DNA from: Candidatus Aerophobetes bacterium Ae_b3a
Lineage (GTDB): Bacteria > Aerophobota > Aerophobia > Aerophobales > AE-B3A
Length of the DNA stretch: 64,000 nt
Direction of reading: 5' to 3'
NCBI GenBank assembly: GCA_005223095.1
Contig: NJBQ01000001.1
Location: 8,408 to 72,407, forward strand
Shown here piece after piece: positions 1-9,844 of the stretch. The position numbers and the translations under genes were made by a program. The notes under the pieces are model-generated. The model was not told where the DNA came from, did no database searches, and saw nothing but the letters and a program-made list of their open reading frames with translations. Each line of letters begins with the position of its first letter. Within the stretch, counting starts at the first letter, position 1.

Positions 1-1
1 T

Positions 2-412
2 TATGGAAGTTTTCTTGCAAGGGTTTTATCTCTGTTAGAGCAAGCAAAAAGGAAAACAGTAAGACAGGTAAATACTATTATCACATATACCTGTTGGAAA
101 ATTGGGAAACTGGTTGTTGAGGAAGAACAGAGGGGTACTAATAGAGCCCAATATGGTGAATACTTACCCCAAAAGTTTGCAAGAGATCTTACTAAAAGAT
201 TTGGTAAGGGTTTTACAGAGATTAATTCAAGATATATACGTCAGTTCTATCTTACTTATCCAATCCATCACGCACTGCGTGACGAATTAACTCGGACACA
301 TTATAGACTGCTTTTGGGAATAAGGGATGCAGAAGCGCGTTCCTTTTATGAAATTGAGGCGGTAAACAATAGTTGGCCCAAAGCTCATCTTGCCAAAGAA
401 GAAAGAAAATAG
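2..412 (+). pseudogene. DUF1016 (YhcG-like) protein, N-terminal portion only; enters from the 5' window edge in frame 2 and stops well before where the family's C-terminal PDDEXK nuclease domain would lie
   Basis: Frame-2 translation ...CWKIGKLVVEEEQRGTNRAQYGEYLPQKFARDLTKRFGKGFTEINSRYIRQFYLTYP...THYRLLLGIRDAEARSFYEIEAVNNSW matches the conserved N-terminal block of DUF1016 proteins as I recall it. It has no start codon in the window and was not in the ORF track because it lacks an M. Stop at 410-412. Confidence 0.5.
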
Positions 413-425
413 TAGAGATTAAAAT

Positions 426-1274
426 ATGCAGATTACTCAATTCTTAAATCCCTGTTTACAGAAGAGATTAAATAAGGACGGGATTGAGAAATTTCTGGCT
501 TCTTTGGGTGAGGAAAGATTAAAACAGAAGAAAACCCGGATGGAGAACCTTTTGAAAATTGCTAATCCTGATGAGGCACTTTACAGAGAACTTATGCTTG
601 CTCTCGGGTATAAAAATAATAAAGTCCAGTTTCTGGAATTAGCCATGATTCTACCTTATTCAGAAATTTGCAAGTTGAATGATCAAGGGATAATTGAAAA
701 AGCCCTACTTTATAGAGCGGGTTTTTTAGAATCAAAGGAAGGTTTACCTGAAGATTTTGATTTTTCCTTGAAGATGGAGAAATCAGTATGGCGATATAGG
801 GGAACACGGCCAGCAAATTACCCGGAAAGAAGGATAGAGGATGTCTCGAGATTACTATTATATAGTTTGGAAGATGGATTATGTAGCCTTTTTGAGAGGA
901 AAATTGTGGAGAATTACTCAGAAAAAGTAGACAAAAAAAGAGCGATGAGTTTCTCTCGTGCCATCATACAGACCTTTACAACAACAAAAGCAGTAGGAAA
1001 AACGAGGGCCATGGAAATATGTTTTAATATAATTTTGCCATTCTTTATTGTAGTATTTAAACAGCGAAGAGAAAGTAGATATGCGGATTTTCTCTATAAA
1101 GTCTATAATTTACATCCTCCCCTTGCCAGTAATTCTATTACAAGAACTGTGGAAAAGCAGCTCTTCTGCAATGAGAAAAATAATCCAGGGAGAATTGCCA
1201 CCTCAGCAAGAAGACATATGGGTCTGATACTGTTATATTACAAAAATAAGGGGATTGGAGAAGATAAAGGATGA
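426..1274 (+). CDS. hypothetical protein; weak resemblance to the C-terminal two-thirds of DUF2851-family proteins (possible gene fragment)
   Basis: 282-aa ORF with RBS-like GTAGAGATTAAA upstream. The segments ALYRELMLALGYKNNKVQFLELAMILPY and FNIILPFFIVVF recall conserved blocks of DUF2851 from memory. The family N-terminal region is absent. Confidence 0.35.
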   Translation: MQITQFLNPCLQKRLNKDGIEKFLASLGEERLKQKKTRMENLLKIANPDEALYRELMLALGYKNNKVQFLELAMILPYSEICKLNDQGIIEKALLYRAGFLESKEGLPEDFDFSLKMEKSVWRYRGTRPANYPERRIEDVSRLLLYSLEDGLCSLFERKIVENYSEKVDKKRAMSFSRAIIQTFTTTKAVGKTRAMEICFNIILPFFIVVFKQRRESRYADFLYKVYNLHPPLASNSITRTVEKQLFCNEKNNPGRIATSARRHMGLILLYYKNKGIGEDKG

Positions 1275-1546
1275 ATAAAGGGCTTAAAACGCTATCAAGT
1301 TTAGAGAAATTAGTTGGTTTTGTAGTATCAGAATGCAATCCAGAGAAGATAATTCTGTTTGGTTCTTATGGTACACAAAGAATTACTAAAATCTCTGATA
1401 TAGATCTATTAATTATAAAAGAGACAAACAAGCGGTTTGTAGATAGAGTGGTGGAATTAATGCAACTTATAAGAAGTCAGTTTGGATTCAAATATCCCGT
1501 TGAGCCTCTCGTTTATACGCCGAATGAATTTAGAAGAGCAAAGTAA
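1271..1546 (+). CDS. minimal nucleotidyltransferase (Pol-beta superfamily, MNT-type antitoxin-like)
   Basis: Motif ILFGSYGTQRITKISDIDLLI is the GS...D.D signature of the nucleotidyltransferase fold. 91 aa. Start overlaps the upstream stop by 4 nt (ATGA). Confidence 0.75.
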   Translation: MNKGLKTLSSLEKLVGFVVSECNPEKIILFGSYGTQRITKISDIDLLIIKETNKRFVDRVVELMQLIRSQFGFKYPVEPLVYTPNEFRRAK

Positions 1547-1595
1547 ATTAACAGTTTATTCACTCGAACAGTTCTATTAAAAGGAGTCGTTTTGT

Positions 1596-1673
1596 ATGAG
1601 AAAAAATAAGGCAGCGGCAGAAATTTGGTTTAAAAAAGCAAAAGACCATCTGGCTTTTGCAAGAGCTGGTTGA
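1596..1673 (+). pseudogene. remnant of a HEPN-domain partner gene (25 codons, then a stop)
   Basis: AAGGAG RBS 9 nt upstream. Translation MRKNKAAAEIWFKKAKDHLAFARAG* resembles the conserved N-terminal helix of HEPN proteins (A.EWL.KA..DL..A) that normally follow MNT genes. It is truncated by TGA at 1671. Confidence 0.45.
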
Positions 1674-1750
1674 AAAATAGGGGTCAGGTCTTGATATTTG
1701 AAGTAATAATTCTATCTATTTTGCTAGAATAGTATAATGAGGCAGGAAAA

Positions 1751-2569
1751 ATGCTAAGAGTTGAAGAGGTTGCGAAGCATGAATGGCGGTTTATTTATCC
1801 TCCCAAATACGAGGAATTAATGGATAAATTTGGTGAAGGCATTGAACTGTGGCAAATGGGTCATACTAGAGCGGCGGAGAAGATTCATAAAGAGATTATT
1901 GCCGAATTCCCGGGATTCATTGATGTCTATAATCAGCTGGGTTTACTGTATGAGGAATCAGGCAGGGACAGATTGGCCTTTAAAAGCTGGATAAAAGGCT
2001 ACCAAATAGGAAGACGAACTTTTCCTCATAGTTTTACCCCTGGGAAAGATTTATTGCCGTGGGGATTACTGGACAACCGTCCTTTCTTGAGATGTGTTCA
2101 TGGTCTAGCACTGTGTTTTTTTGATGGAGGAAATCTGGCCAAAGGTATTGAGCTGTTTGATTTTATTATTTCGGTAAATCCTAATGACAATCAAGGAGTA
2201 AGAGCAGTGCTAGTGGAGGGATATTTAAAAACTGGCAATTACCAAGCAGCTGTGGATATGTGTGATAAATACAAAGGTGACATTACGGTTGAGCTTACTT
2301 ACGGAAAACCCTACGCGCTGTTCAAACTAGGCGACAAGGGGAAGGCTACTCTTCTATTGAGGGAGGCTATTGGATTCAGTCCAAAAGTGATTAAAGAGCT
2401 TCTAAAGAAGAGGCATATACAGCCTGAATCTCTTGACCCGGATAGATACACTGTTGGCGGAGATGATGAGGCTTTTTATTATTGGGAAAGAAGCGGAATT
2501 CTATGGGAAGATCCAGAAATGAAGCAATGGCTGATTCAAAATGAAGATAAAGGCAAGCGTCCAAGATGA
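1751..2569 (+). CDS. hypothetical protein with TPR-like helical repeats
   Basis: 272-aa ORF with a TATAAT -10-like box about 15 nt upstream. Repeated amphipathic helix pairs (YNQLGLLYEESGRDRLAFKSWIKGY..., AKGIELFDFIISVNPNDNQG, LKTGNYQAAVDM). No catalytic motif recognised. Confidence 0.45.
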   Translation: MLRVEEVAKHEWRFIYPPKYEELMDKFGEGIELWQMGHTRAAEKIHKEIIAEFPGFIDVYNQLGLLYEESGRDRLAFKSWIKGYQIGRRTFPHSFTPGKDLLPWGLLDNRPFLRCVHGLALCFFDGGNLAKGIELFDFIISVNPNDNQGVRAVLVEGYLKTGNYQAAVDMCDKYKGDITVELTYGKPYALFKLGDKGKATLLLREAIGFSPKVIKELLKKRHIQPESLDPDRYTVGGDDEAFYYWERSGILWEDPEMKQWLIQNEDKGKRPR

Positions 2570-2694
2570 AATCTCTAATTAGAAATAACGATTTTTGAAA
2601 AAATATTTTGCCAACAATCTTTAAAGAAAAAAGGGCTAGAAAGTGAACTTAGGTCTTAATAACATCAAGAAAGATGGATAAGGAGTAATGTACT

Positions 2695-4050
2695 ATGAAG
2701 GAAGAACCTAAGAGAATAGTGCGGTTTCCTGAGAATTTCGTTTGGGGTGCAGCAACGGCTTCCTATCAGATTGAGGGGGCTTACAATGAAGATGGTAAGG
2801 GAGAGTCTATCTGGGACAGATTCAGTAGGACTCCCGCTAAAGTGAAAGATGGTGATAAAGGAGGCGTAGCCTGTGATTTTTACCATCGCTACCAGGATGA
2901 TATTAAATTGATGAAGGCAATCTCTCTTAATGCCTACCGATTTTCTATCGCCTGGTCGCGTATCTTTCCTCAGGGAAAAGGACAGATAAATCAACGCGGT
3001 CTCGATTTTTATGAGCGAGTGGTAGATGAACTCCTTAGTAGCGGCATAGAACCATTTGTCACTCTTTATCATTGGGACCTACCCCAGGCTCTGCAAGAAA
3101 AAGGAGGTTGGGCAAATAGAGACACTATAGGCTATTTCAAAGACTATGCGGAAGAAGTTTCCAAAAAGCTGGGTGATCGTGTCCGCTTTTGGATTACCCA
3201 TAATGAGCCCTGGGTAGTCTCCTTTCTTGGCCATCACTTAGGAATCCATGCCCCGGGAATAAAGAATCTTTCTACAGCTCTCAAAGTCTCCCATCATCTA
3301 CTTCTGTCTCATGCAGAAACAGTAGCCGTTATAAGAGATAATGGTGATGAGAAAACCCAGGTAGGAATTACTCTTAACCTTTCTTCAGTGCATCCAGCCT
3401 CAGAAAGTGAAGAGGATAAGAAGGCAGCAAAGAGATATGATGGCTATCTTAATCGATGGTTTCTAGAGCCTATCTATAAAGGGTCTTATCCTGAGGACAT
3501 GCTCGCTCTATATGGTGATGAAGTCCCTGAAATTCAAGCTCAGGACTTAGAGCGCATATCAACAAAAATAGATTTCCTGGGAGTTAACTATTATACCCGA
3601 ACTGTGGTTAAGGCAGATAAGAAAGAAGCATTTTTAGGCCTCAGCTCAGTTAAGCCTACCGGTGCCGAATATACAGAAATGGACTGGGAGATTTATCCAC
3701 CTGGGATTTACGAGATTTTGAAACGTGTTCACAATGACTATGATGCTCCTGTTATTTACATAACGGAAAATGGGGTTGCCTTTCCTGACAAAATAGACAA
3801 AAATGGTCGGGTGAATGATGAATCACGCATTGAATATCTTAAGGGCCATTTTCTCCAGGCAAACAGAGCAATTGAGGATGGTGTTAAACTTTTTGGGTAT
3901 TTTGTCTGGTCCCTCTTAGATAACTTCGAATGGGCCTACGGATATTCCAAGCGATTTGGTCTTATTTACACGGATTATCCTACTCAGAAGCGGATAATCA
4001 AAGCTAGCGGCTGGTGGTATAGAAAAGTGATAGAGGAGAATGGAGTATAG
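2695..4050 (+). CDS. GH1 family beta-glucosidase
   Basis: N-terminal FVWGAATASYQIEGA, the NEP acid/base region (ITHNEPW) and the ITENG nucleophile motif (YITENGVAF) are hallmark GH1 signatures. 451 aa. Confidence 0.9.
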   Translation: MKEEPKRIVRFPENFVWGAATASYQIEGAYNEDGKGESIWDRFSRTPAKVKDGDKGGVACDFYHRYQDDIKLMKAISLNAYRFSIAWSRIFPQGKGQINQRGLDFYERVVDELLSSGIEPFVTLYHWDLPQALQEKGGWANRDTIGYFKDYAEEVSKKLGDRVRFWITHNEPWVVSFLGHHLGIHAPGIKNLSTALKVSHHLLLSHAETVAVIRDNGDEKTQVGITLNLSSVHPASESEEDKKAAKRYDGYLNRWFLEPIYKGSYPEDMLALYGDEVPEIQAQDLERISTKIDFLGVNYYTRTVVKADKKEAFLGLSSVKPTGAEYTEMDWEIYPPGIYEILKRVHNDYDAPVIYITENGVAFPDKIDKNGRVNDESRIEYLKGHFLQANRAIEDGVKLFGYFVWSLLDNFEWAYGYSKRFGLIYTDYPTQKRIIKASGWWYRKVIEENGV

Positions 4051-4110
4051 AAAATACTAGAAGCTGAAGAGAGTTGGGAATCAAGTTTCCGATGAGAATG
4101 AGAAATTAGA

Positions 4111-5181
4111 ATGAAGATACTACATACAGCAGATATTCATTTAAAGGAATATGAAGATGAGCGATGGGAGGCTCTTCAGGAACTGATTGAGGTTGGAAAG
4201 AAGGAAAGGGTCAAAATTTTTGTAATAAGTGGAGATCTTTTTAATAAAGATATTGATGCTGAAAACTTAAGACCTAAGATACGGAAGCTCTTCTCCCATA
4301 ATGGCTTTCAAATCGTCCTCATCCCGGGAAATCATGATAGTGATTCCTATGGGAGTGGTATGTATTTTGGTGAAGATGCTACTATTTTGACTGATTTAGA
4401 GGATTGCTTTGAATATAAAGGGGTGAGAATATGTGGTATTCCCTTTGAGCCTATAGAAGGAGAGAAAATTATTTATAAACTTCGCTCTTTTTTGAATAAA
4501 TTTACCTCGGATAAAAAGAAGAAAAACATATTACTCTACCATGGGGAACTACTTGATGCATTCTTTTCCCGAAAAGATTTTGGCGATGAGGGAGGGGAAA
4601 GATATATGCCGGTTAAGCTCTCTTACTTTAAAGATTTGAATATTGATTATGTGCTTGCCGGACATTTTCACTCTAATTTCCAGGTAAGGAGACTGGCAAA
4701 GGGGGGATATTTTGTTTATCCGGGTTCTCCTCTTTCGCTAACAAAAAGAGAGACAGGACAGAGAAAGGTTAATATCTTTAAGCTGGGAGGTCCGCCCGGG
4801 GAATATCTTCTTAATACTCCTTATCTAGAAGAAGTGAATATAATATTTGACCCCTTGAAAGACAAAATTCCGCTGCAGATTGTGAAAAAACATCTAGCCA
4901 GTTTTCCGCCTGAGGCAAAAATTATTCTCACCATCAAAGGATATGTTAACAGTAAAGAGATTAAGATGGATGAATCCGAACTGGTAGAAGAAATCAAGAA
5001 GATTGCCTCGAATAGGTGTGTTGAACTCCCTAAATTTGAATTCAAAGACATTCAGATGATACTAGAGGATGAGCTCTTTAAGAAACTCTTGCATAAACTT
5101 GAGCAAGCCGATTATGATGAGAAGAAAAAGAGACAGATGCGTGATATAGCCATTAAAGCAATGTCAGAGGCAAGAGTGTGA
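4111..5181 (+). CDS. SbcD/Mre11-like calcineurin-type metallophosphoesterase (YhaO-like)
   Basis: Phosphoesterase motifs HTADIHL, ISGDLFN and PGNHD in the expected order. Translationally coupled to the downstream Rad50-like gene (GTG at 5178 overlaps its TGA). Confidence 0.7.
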   Translation: MKILHTADIHLKEYEDERWEALQELIEVGKKERVKIFVISGDLFNKDIDAENLRPKIRKLFSHNGFQIVLIPGNHDSDSYGSGMYFGEDATILTDLEDCFEYKGVRICGIPFEPIEGEKIIYKLRSFLNKFTSDKKKKNILLYHGELLDAFFSRKDFGDEGGERYMPVKLSYFKDLNIDYVLAGHFHSNFQVRRLAKGGYFVYPGSPLSLTKRETGQRKVNIFKLGGPPGEYLLNTPYLEEVNIIFDPLKDKIPLQIVKKHLASFPPEAKIILTIKGYVNSKEIKMDESELVEEIKKIASNRCVELPKFEFKDIQMILEDELFKKLLHKLEQADYDEKKKRQMRDIAIKAMSEARV

Positions 5182-7520
5182 AAATAAAGGGATTTTCAAT
5201 AACAAGATACGGTCCTCTGTCTAAGATGGAGCAAATTTCACTGGGCAATTTCAACCTATTCTTTGGCAGGAACGAGGAGGGAAAAACACTAACCATAGAT
5301 GCTTTGGTGAAGATGCTCTTGAGAAAAAACATCAGAGATTTTATCCATATTAATCGAGTAGAAGAGAATCCAGAAGGTTATGTAATCATAGAAAATGAGG
5401 AAAAAGAGGAAGTCAAATTACCCGAAAAAGGGGATTTAACAAAATTGGCTGACCTCACTTCTTCAGAATGCCGTAATATTTTTATCATAAGAAATAGTGA
5501 CCTTTCTATTGCCGCCGAGAGTGAGTTTTATACCAATGTAACCGATCGCCTCACTGGTTTAAAAACAAGACAGATTCTCTCTATAAAGAATAAGCTGCAG
5601 GAATTGGGGAAATTAACCCGAGCAGATAGCACTGCCTCCCTTTCTAATAAGAAAGAATTTGGGAAAATAAAATCTCGTCTTGATAGGGCTGCTGGACTTA
5701 TTGAAAAGACAAGCACTTTAGAAGATGAGGTTAAAGAAGAGGGCTTCGACAGACTGGAAGAGGAGTCTATACGGGTGAAGGAAGAGAAAGACAAAATCAG
5801 GGAAAAAATAGAAGAATTTGAAGAAGCGGGTAAAAGAGAAAAATATGAAAAGGGAAAAGAAGCCCTGAAGGCTCTTAAGCGAGCTTTTAGAAAGAGTAAG
5901 GATTTGGAAGTTTATAACCAGGAGGATAGCCAGTTGTGGAGAGATAATGAGAGAGACATCAAGGCTAATGAAAAAGAAAAAGAGCAGCTTTTAGTTGAGC
6001 TTGATAAAAAGGAGAAGAAATTTCAAAAGACATCTGAAAATTTGAAGCAAAGAGAGCAACAGTTCCATATTTTCAAGGAAAGAAAGAAGGAACTGGATAA
6101 TGAGGTTAAACCAGAGATAAAAAATTATCAGACAAAGAAGGGAGAGTTGGTGCTTAAGGAGACAAAGAATAAATTCCTTACTTTTCTAATGACAGTTTCT
6201 GTAATATTATTGGGGGTCTCTTTGCTGGGAATTATTATTAGACCCGGCTTACTTTTCTATCTATTAGCTATCTTATTTTCAATTTCATTTGTGGTTTCAA
6301 GTATATTTAAACTCCAATTAAAGAAAGAGAAAGGCTCGCTGGCACAATTGTTTGAGAGAATTAAACTAAATCTTTCACGATTTGCTCTAAGGACAAACGA
6401 TATAGAAGGAGTTCTTTTTCATATTCAAAAGTTTGAGGACCAATACGGCAAAAAGGCTGGTGAATTAGAGGAGGTCAGAGGAGAGAAAAAGTTATTACAA
6501 AGCGAGATGGAAAAATTAAAACAAGAGAGAATTACAGAGATAGAAGATAGGATAAAGAGTGCTTACAGAAAAATAGAGGATGTGAAGATAAAGACAAGAG
6601 AGGAATCGCTCCCAAAATATAGCCAAAAACTGAGACTAAAACTGAAGTGTGAGAAGTTAGTCAGGGAGCAGGAAAGCTTTTTGAAAGCTCTTTTAGGAGA
6701 AAAGGGTGAGAGTTTAGAAGAAAACATTTCCCATTGGGATGAAGAGCTCAAAGAGCTGGAGGAGTATAAAGATAGAGCCAGGCATATGAAGTATAATGAG
6801 AAGAGTATTGCAGGATTAAAAGAGAAAGGAAAATTACTTGAGGAGGAGTCGAGGAAAATAGAGAGCACGATGGAGAAGTTCCAGAAGGAATTGGCAGAAA
6901 TAGAAAGAAGAGTGAATGAGATTCTAGGAGGAGAGCTAGAAGAAGATTACTTATATTGCAAGACCTCGGTGGACTTAGAGGCGATTGAAAATAAATTGCA
7001 GGAATCTATAGATGAAAATGAGACTAATAAGGATAATGTTCTTGAAGTTATGAAAATTTTTGAGAAAATAGAAAAGGAGGAAAAGGAGAAAGTCTCTCAG
7101 CTTTTTGGTGAGGAGAGCTCTGTCTCACAGCATTTTAAGGAAATAACCGATGGTCTTTACCAGAAGGTGGTCTTTCAGCAAGAAAGAGGAAAAATCAAGG
7201 TAGAGCGCAAAGATGGATTGATTCTGGATGCAGAAAAGCTATCCGGTGGTGCCTATGACCAATTATACCTTTCTATTCGACTTGCTCTGGGGGAAAAGCT
7301 CTTAAAGAAAAAGAAGGGATTCTTTATTATGGACGACCCTTTTATAAAGGCCAGTCCTGATAGATTAAAAAGACAGATGAAAATGCTGAAGAGAATCTCC
7401 AGTTCGGGATGGCAGATTATCTATTTTACTGCAAAAGGAGAAGTGAAGGAGGCTTTAAAAGAGGATATAGACAGCAGAATGGTTAATTATGTTGAGGTAA
7501 AAAGTTCTCTGAAATTATAG
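5178..7520 (+). CDS. Rad50/SbcC-like ABC-type ATPase with a long coiled coil and a central two-helix membrane hairpin (YhaN/AAA_27-like)
   Basis: N-terminal Walker A FFGRNEEGKTLT, C-terminal signature LSGGAYDQLYLSIRLAL and Walker B-like FFIMDDPF. About 450 aa of K/E-rich heptad sequence in between. The hydrophobic stretch FLTFLMTVSVILLGVSLLGIIIRPGLLFYLLAILFSISFVVSSIF (nt ~6177-6315) interrupts the coiled coil where a Rad50 zinc hook would sit. Confidence 0.65.
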   Translation: MKIKGFSITRYGPLSKMEQISLGNFNLFFGRNEEGKTLTIDALVKMLLRKNIRDFIHINRVEENPEGYVIIENEEKEEVKLPEKGDLTKLADLTSSECRNIFIIRNSDLSIAAESEFYTNVTDRLTGLKTRQILSIKNKLQELGKLTRADSTASLSNKKEFGKIKSRLDRAAGLIEKTSTLEDEVKEEGFDRLEEESIRVKEEKDKIREKIEEFEEAGKREKYEKGKEALKALKRAFRKSKDLEVYNQEDSQLWRDNERDIKANEKEKEQLLVELDKKEKKFQKTSENLKQREQQFHIFKERKKELDNEVKPEIKNYQTKKGELVLKETKNKFLTFLMTVSVILLGVSLLGIIIRPGLLFYLLAILFSISFVVSSIFKLQLKKEKGSLAQLFERIKLNLSRFALRTNDIEGVLFHIQKFEDQYGKKAGELEEVRGEKKLLQSEMEKLKQERITEIEDRIKSAYRKIEDVKIKTREESLPKYSQKLRLKLKCEKLVREQESFLKALLGEKGESLEENISHWDEELKELEEYKDRARHMKYNEKSIAGLKEKGKLLEEESRKIESTMEKFQKELAEIERRVNEILGGELEEDYLYCKTSVDLEAIENKLQESIDENETNKDNVLEVMKIFEKIEKEEKEKVSQLFGEESSVSQHFKEITDGLYQKVVFQQERGKIKVERKDGLILDAEKLSGGAYDQLYLSIRLALGEKLLKKKKGFFIMDDPFIKASPDRLKRQMKMLKRISSSGWQIIYFTAKGEVKEALKEDIDSRMVNYVEVKSSLKL

Positions 7521-7925
7521 TAAACATTTCTGGGTGGCATTATGGTGAGATAGTATAATTTTTTAGATTCTATCATGGACTACAAGACCTTGTTTGAGAT
7601 TTAAGGTCTTCTACATTAGAAAATTTCTTGACTTTTCCTTCTCTTATATCCTTCTCTGTCTCTCTTTCGCCTTTCTGCCATTCCTCAGTCCACCATAATC
7701 GAATGGTTTGACACGCACTGTGTTACGTAACAGACTTAAGGCGGGTTCTTGACACAGCGGTGGTTTCCATTAAAATGAAAACCAGTTCCTCTTAATGGTG
7801 AAAACTTTCTAATTTTCTTAAAAAACAGAATTACTGACAATATTACTTCTTGGGACGGGGTTTTTACCTCTTCCCTGGAAGATAGAAGAACTTACTCAGA
7901 CTTACCGCTGAAGAAAGGATTTCTT

Positions 7926-8861
7926 GTGCCTAAAGGATTTGGTCGAGACATTATCCATCGATGGCAAGGAAATCCCATTATTACAATTGAAGATCTCTCA
8001 TTCCGCTGTATCGACATATGCAATGCGGGTGCTGTGAAAGTAGCTGACCAATATATCCTTTTATTAACAATACAGAATCTTGAAGGACGCTATTCCATGT
8101 ACTGCGCACAAAGTACGGATGGGTATTATTTCGAGGTGGACGATCGACCGTTTTTGTCCCCCTGTCAGGAGAAGCCATTGGCAATCTACGAGGAACGGGG
8201 TGTTCTCGATGGCAGAATTGTCTTGCTGGAAGGGGTGTACTACATCTGTTACGATGCTCTTGGGCGCCACGGCTATCGAGCTGCGCTTGCCCGCACAGAA
8301 GACTTCAGGACCGTTCAGCGTATAGGTGCTGTTTCCGAGCCAGATACCAAAAGTGGCGTGCTATTCCCGAGGAAGATCAAAGGAAAATATGCCCGACTGG
8401 AAAGACCCTGGGAAGGACGCAGTATCTGGGTTAGTTATTCTGAAGATCTAGAATATTGGGGGTGGTCCGAGGTAGTAGCGACCCCGCGAGGTGGCTCTTG
8501 GGACTCCGACCACATAGGCATTGCCACACCCCCAATAGAAATCGATCCCGGGTGGCTTTTCATTTACTATGGCGTTAAACAGACCTCTACCGGACCGCTC
8601 TTTCGCCTTGGAGCAGTAATTCTCGACGCAGAGAACCCCATAGAAATCTTAGGCCGAACAAGTGCTCCCATTCTCTCGCCACGCGAGGATTACGAGCGCA
8701 TAGGAGATGTGTCTAATCTGGTATTTTCGTCTGGAGCAATTATCGAACCGAACGGCGGAGTAAGACTGTACTACGGAGCAGCTAACTCCTGTATATGCCT
8801 GGGTACAACGAAGGTGCAAAACATTGTGCAGGCATGCCTGAAAAGCGAGAAGGAATTCTGA
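7926..8861 (+). CDS. GH130-family glycosidase/phosphorylase (beta-mannoside-acting family), paralog 1
   Basis: GTG start. Blocks RWQGNPII, LLEGVYYICYDA and the five-bladed-propeller pattern with VLFPRKIKGKYARLERP match GH130 (DUF377) conserved regions. Confidence 0.65.
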   Translation: MPKGFGRDIIHRWQGNPIITIEDLSFRCIDICNAGAVKVADQYILLLTIQNLEGRYSMYCAQSTDGYYFEVDDRPFLSPCQEKPLAIYEERGVLDGRIVLLEGVYYICYDALGRHGYRAALARTEDFRTVQRIGAVSEPDTKSGVLFPRKIKGKYARLERPWEGRSIWVSYSEDLEYWGWSEVVATPRGGSWDSDHIGIATPPIEIDPGWLFIYYGVKQTSTGPLFRLGAVILDAENPIEILGRTSAPILSPREDYERIGDVSNLVFSSGAIIEPNGGVRLYYGAANSCICLGTTKVQNIVQACLKSEKEF

Positions 8862-8863
8862 TA

Positions 8864-9793
8864 ATGGAAAGAAAAACTGGGCCAGACATATTTCATCGTT
8901 GGAAAGAAAATCCGGTTCTAACCCTGGAGGACATTCCTTTTCATTGTAATACAGTCTTCAATGGCACTTCCGTCAAATTTGGCGACGAATACCTTCTGCT
9001 CCTGCGAATTGAAGGGCAACAGGGGTATTCCTTTTTTGCACTGGCCAGAAGCCGAGATGGCTTCCATTTTGATGTAGAAGATCGACCAGTCCTTCTTCCT
9101 GCCAAGAGAGGTATCTTTGGAATATATGAAGCACGAGGCATTGAAGATCCTCGGGCAACGTTTATGCAGGGTTCCTACTATATTATGTATACAGCCTATT
9201 CAGGTCATGGGGCTCGAATTGCGCTTGCCAAAACAGATGATTTCTACACATTTGAGCGCATTGCCCTTATCTCTGAGCCAGGGAACAAGGATGGAGTCCT
9301 GTTTCCCGAGAAAATCAACAACCGATATGTGCGCTTAGACAGACCTATTGGTTTAGGTATAGGCAGCATCTGGATTTCCTATTCCAATGACCTATATAGC
9401 TGGGGTCATTCCGAAGTGTTGATCTCTCCACGCCCAGGGTATTGGGATTCTTATCGAGTGGGGGCATCCGTTCCCCCCATTCGCACCAATCGTGGATGGC
9501 TGGAGATCTACCACGGCGTCCAGATGACTCCAGGTGGACCAATTTACCGTGCAGGGACTGTGCTACTCGATCTGAAAGATCCTTCACTGGTAATTGGTCG
9601 CTCTAGCGCGCCTTTACTGGCACCTCGAGAAAATTATGAACGTATTGGCGATGTTGGCAATGTGGTTTTTCCTTGCGGTGCTATTGTTGAATCAGATGGG
9701 GAAGTAAAGATGTATTACGGTGCTGCGGATACCTGTCTTTGTGTTGCCAGCGCAAGGCTAGAAGATATTATAAAGCACACACTGGAAGCATAG
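8864..9793 (+). CDS. GH130-family glycosidase/phosphorylase, paralog 2 (tandem duplicate)
   Basis: Start at MERKTGPD chosen over the upstream ATG because AAGGAA lies 8 nt upstream and this begins right after the paralog-1 stop. Contains RGIEDPRATFMQGSYYIMYTAYSG, the G.EDPR.T hallmark of GH130, and is colinear with paralog 1. Confidence 0.75.
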   Translation: MERKTGPDIFHRWKENPVLTLEDIPFHCNTVFNGTSVKFGDEYLLLLRIEGQQGYSFFALARSRDGFHFDVEDRPVLLPAKRGIFGIYEARGIEDPRATFMQGSYYIMYTAYSGHGARIALAKTDDFYTFERIALISEPGNKDGVLFPEKINNRYVRLDRPIGLGIGSIWISYSNDLYSWGHSEVLISPRPGYWDSYRVGASVPPIRTNRGWLEIYHGVQMTPGGPIYRAGTVLLDLKDPSLVIGRSSAPLLAPRENYERIGDVGNVVFPCGAIVESDGEVKMYYGAADTCLCVASARLEDIIKHTLEA

Positions 9794-9844
9794 AAATCTG
9801 AATATTTACCTACCGAATTGTGGAAAGTAGAAAGGCTAAGCTGA

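Noticed and set aside
102-290. 62-aa + strand ORF at the window start
   Set aside because: It is an alternative frame over the DUF1016 fragment, which reads coherently in frame 2.
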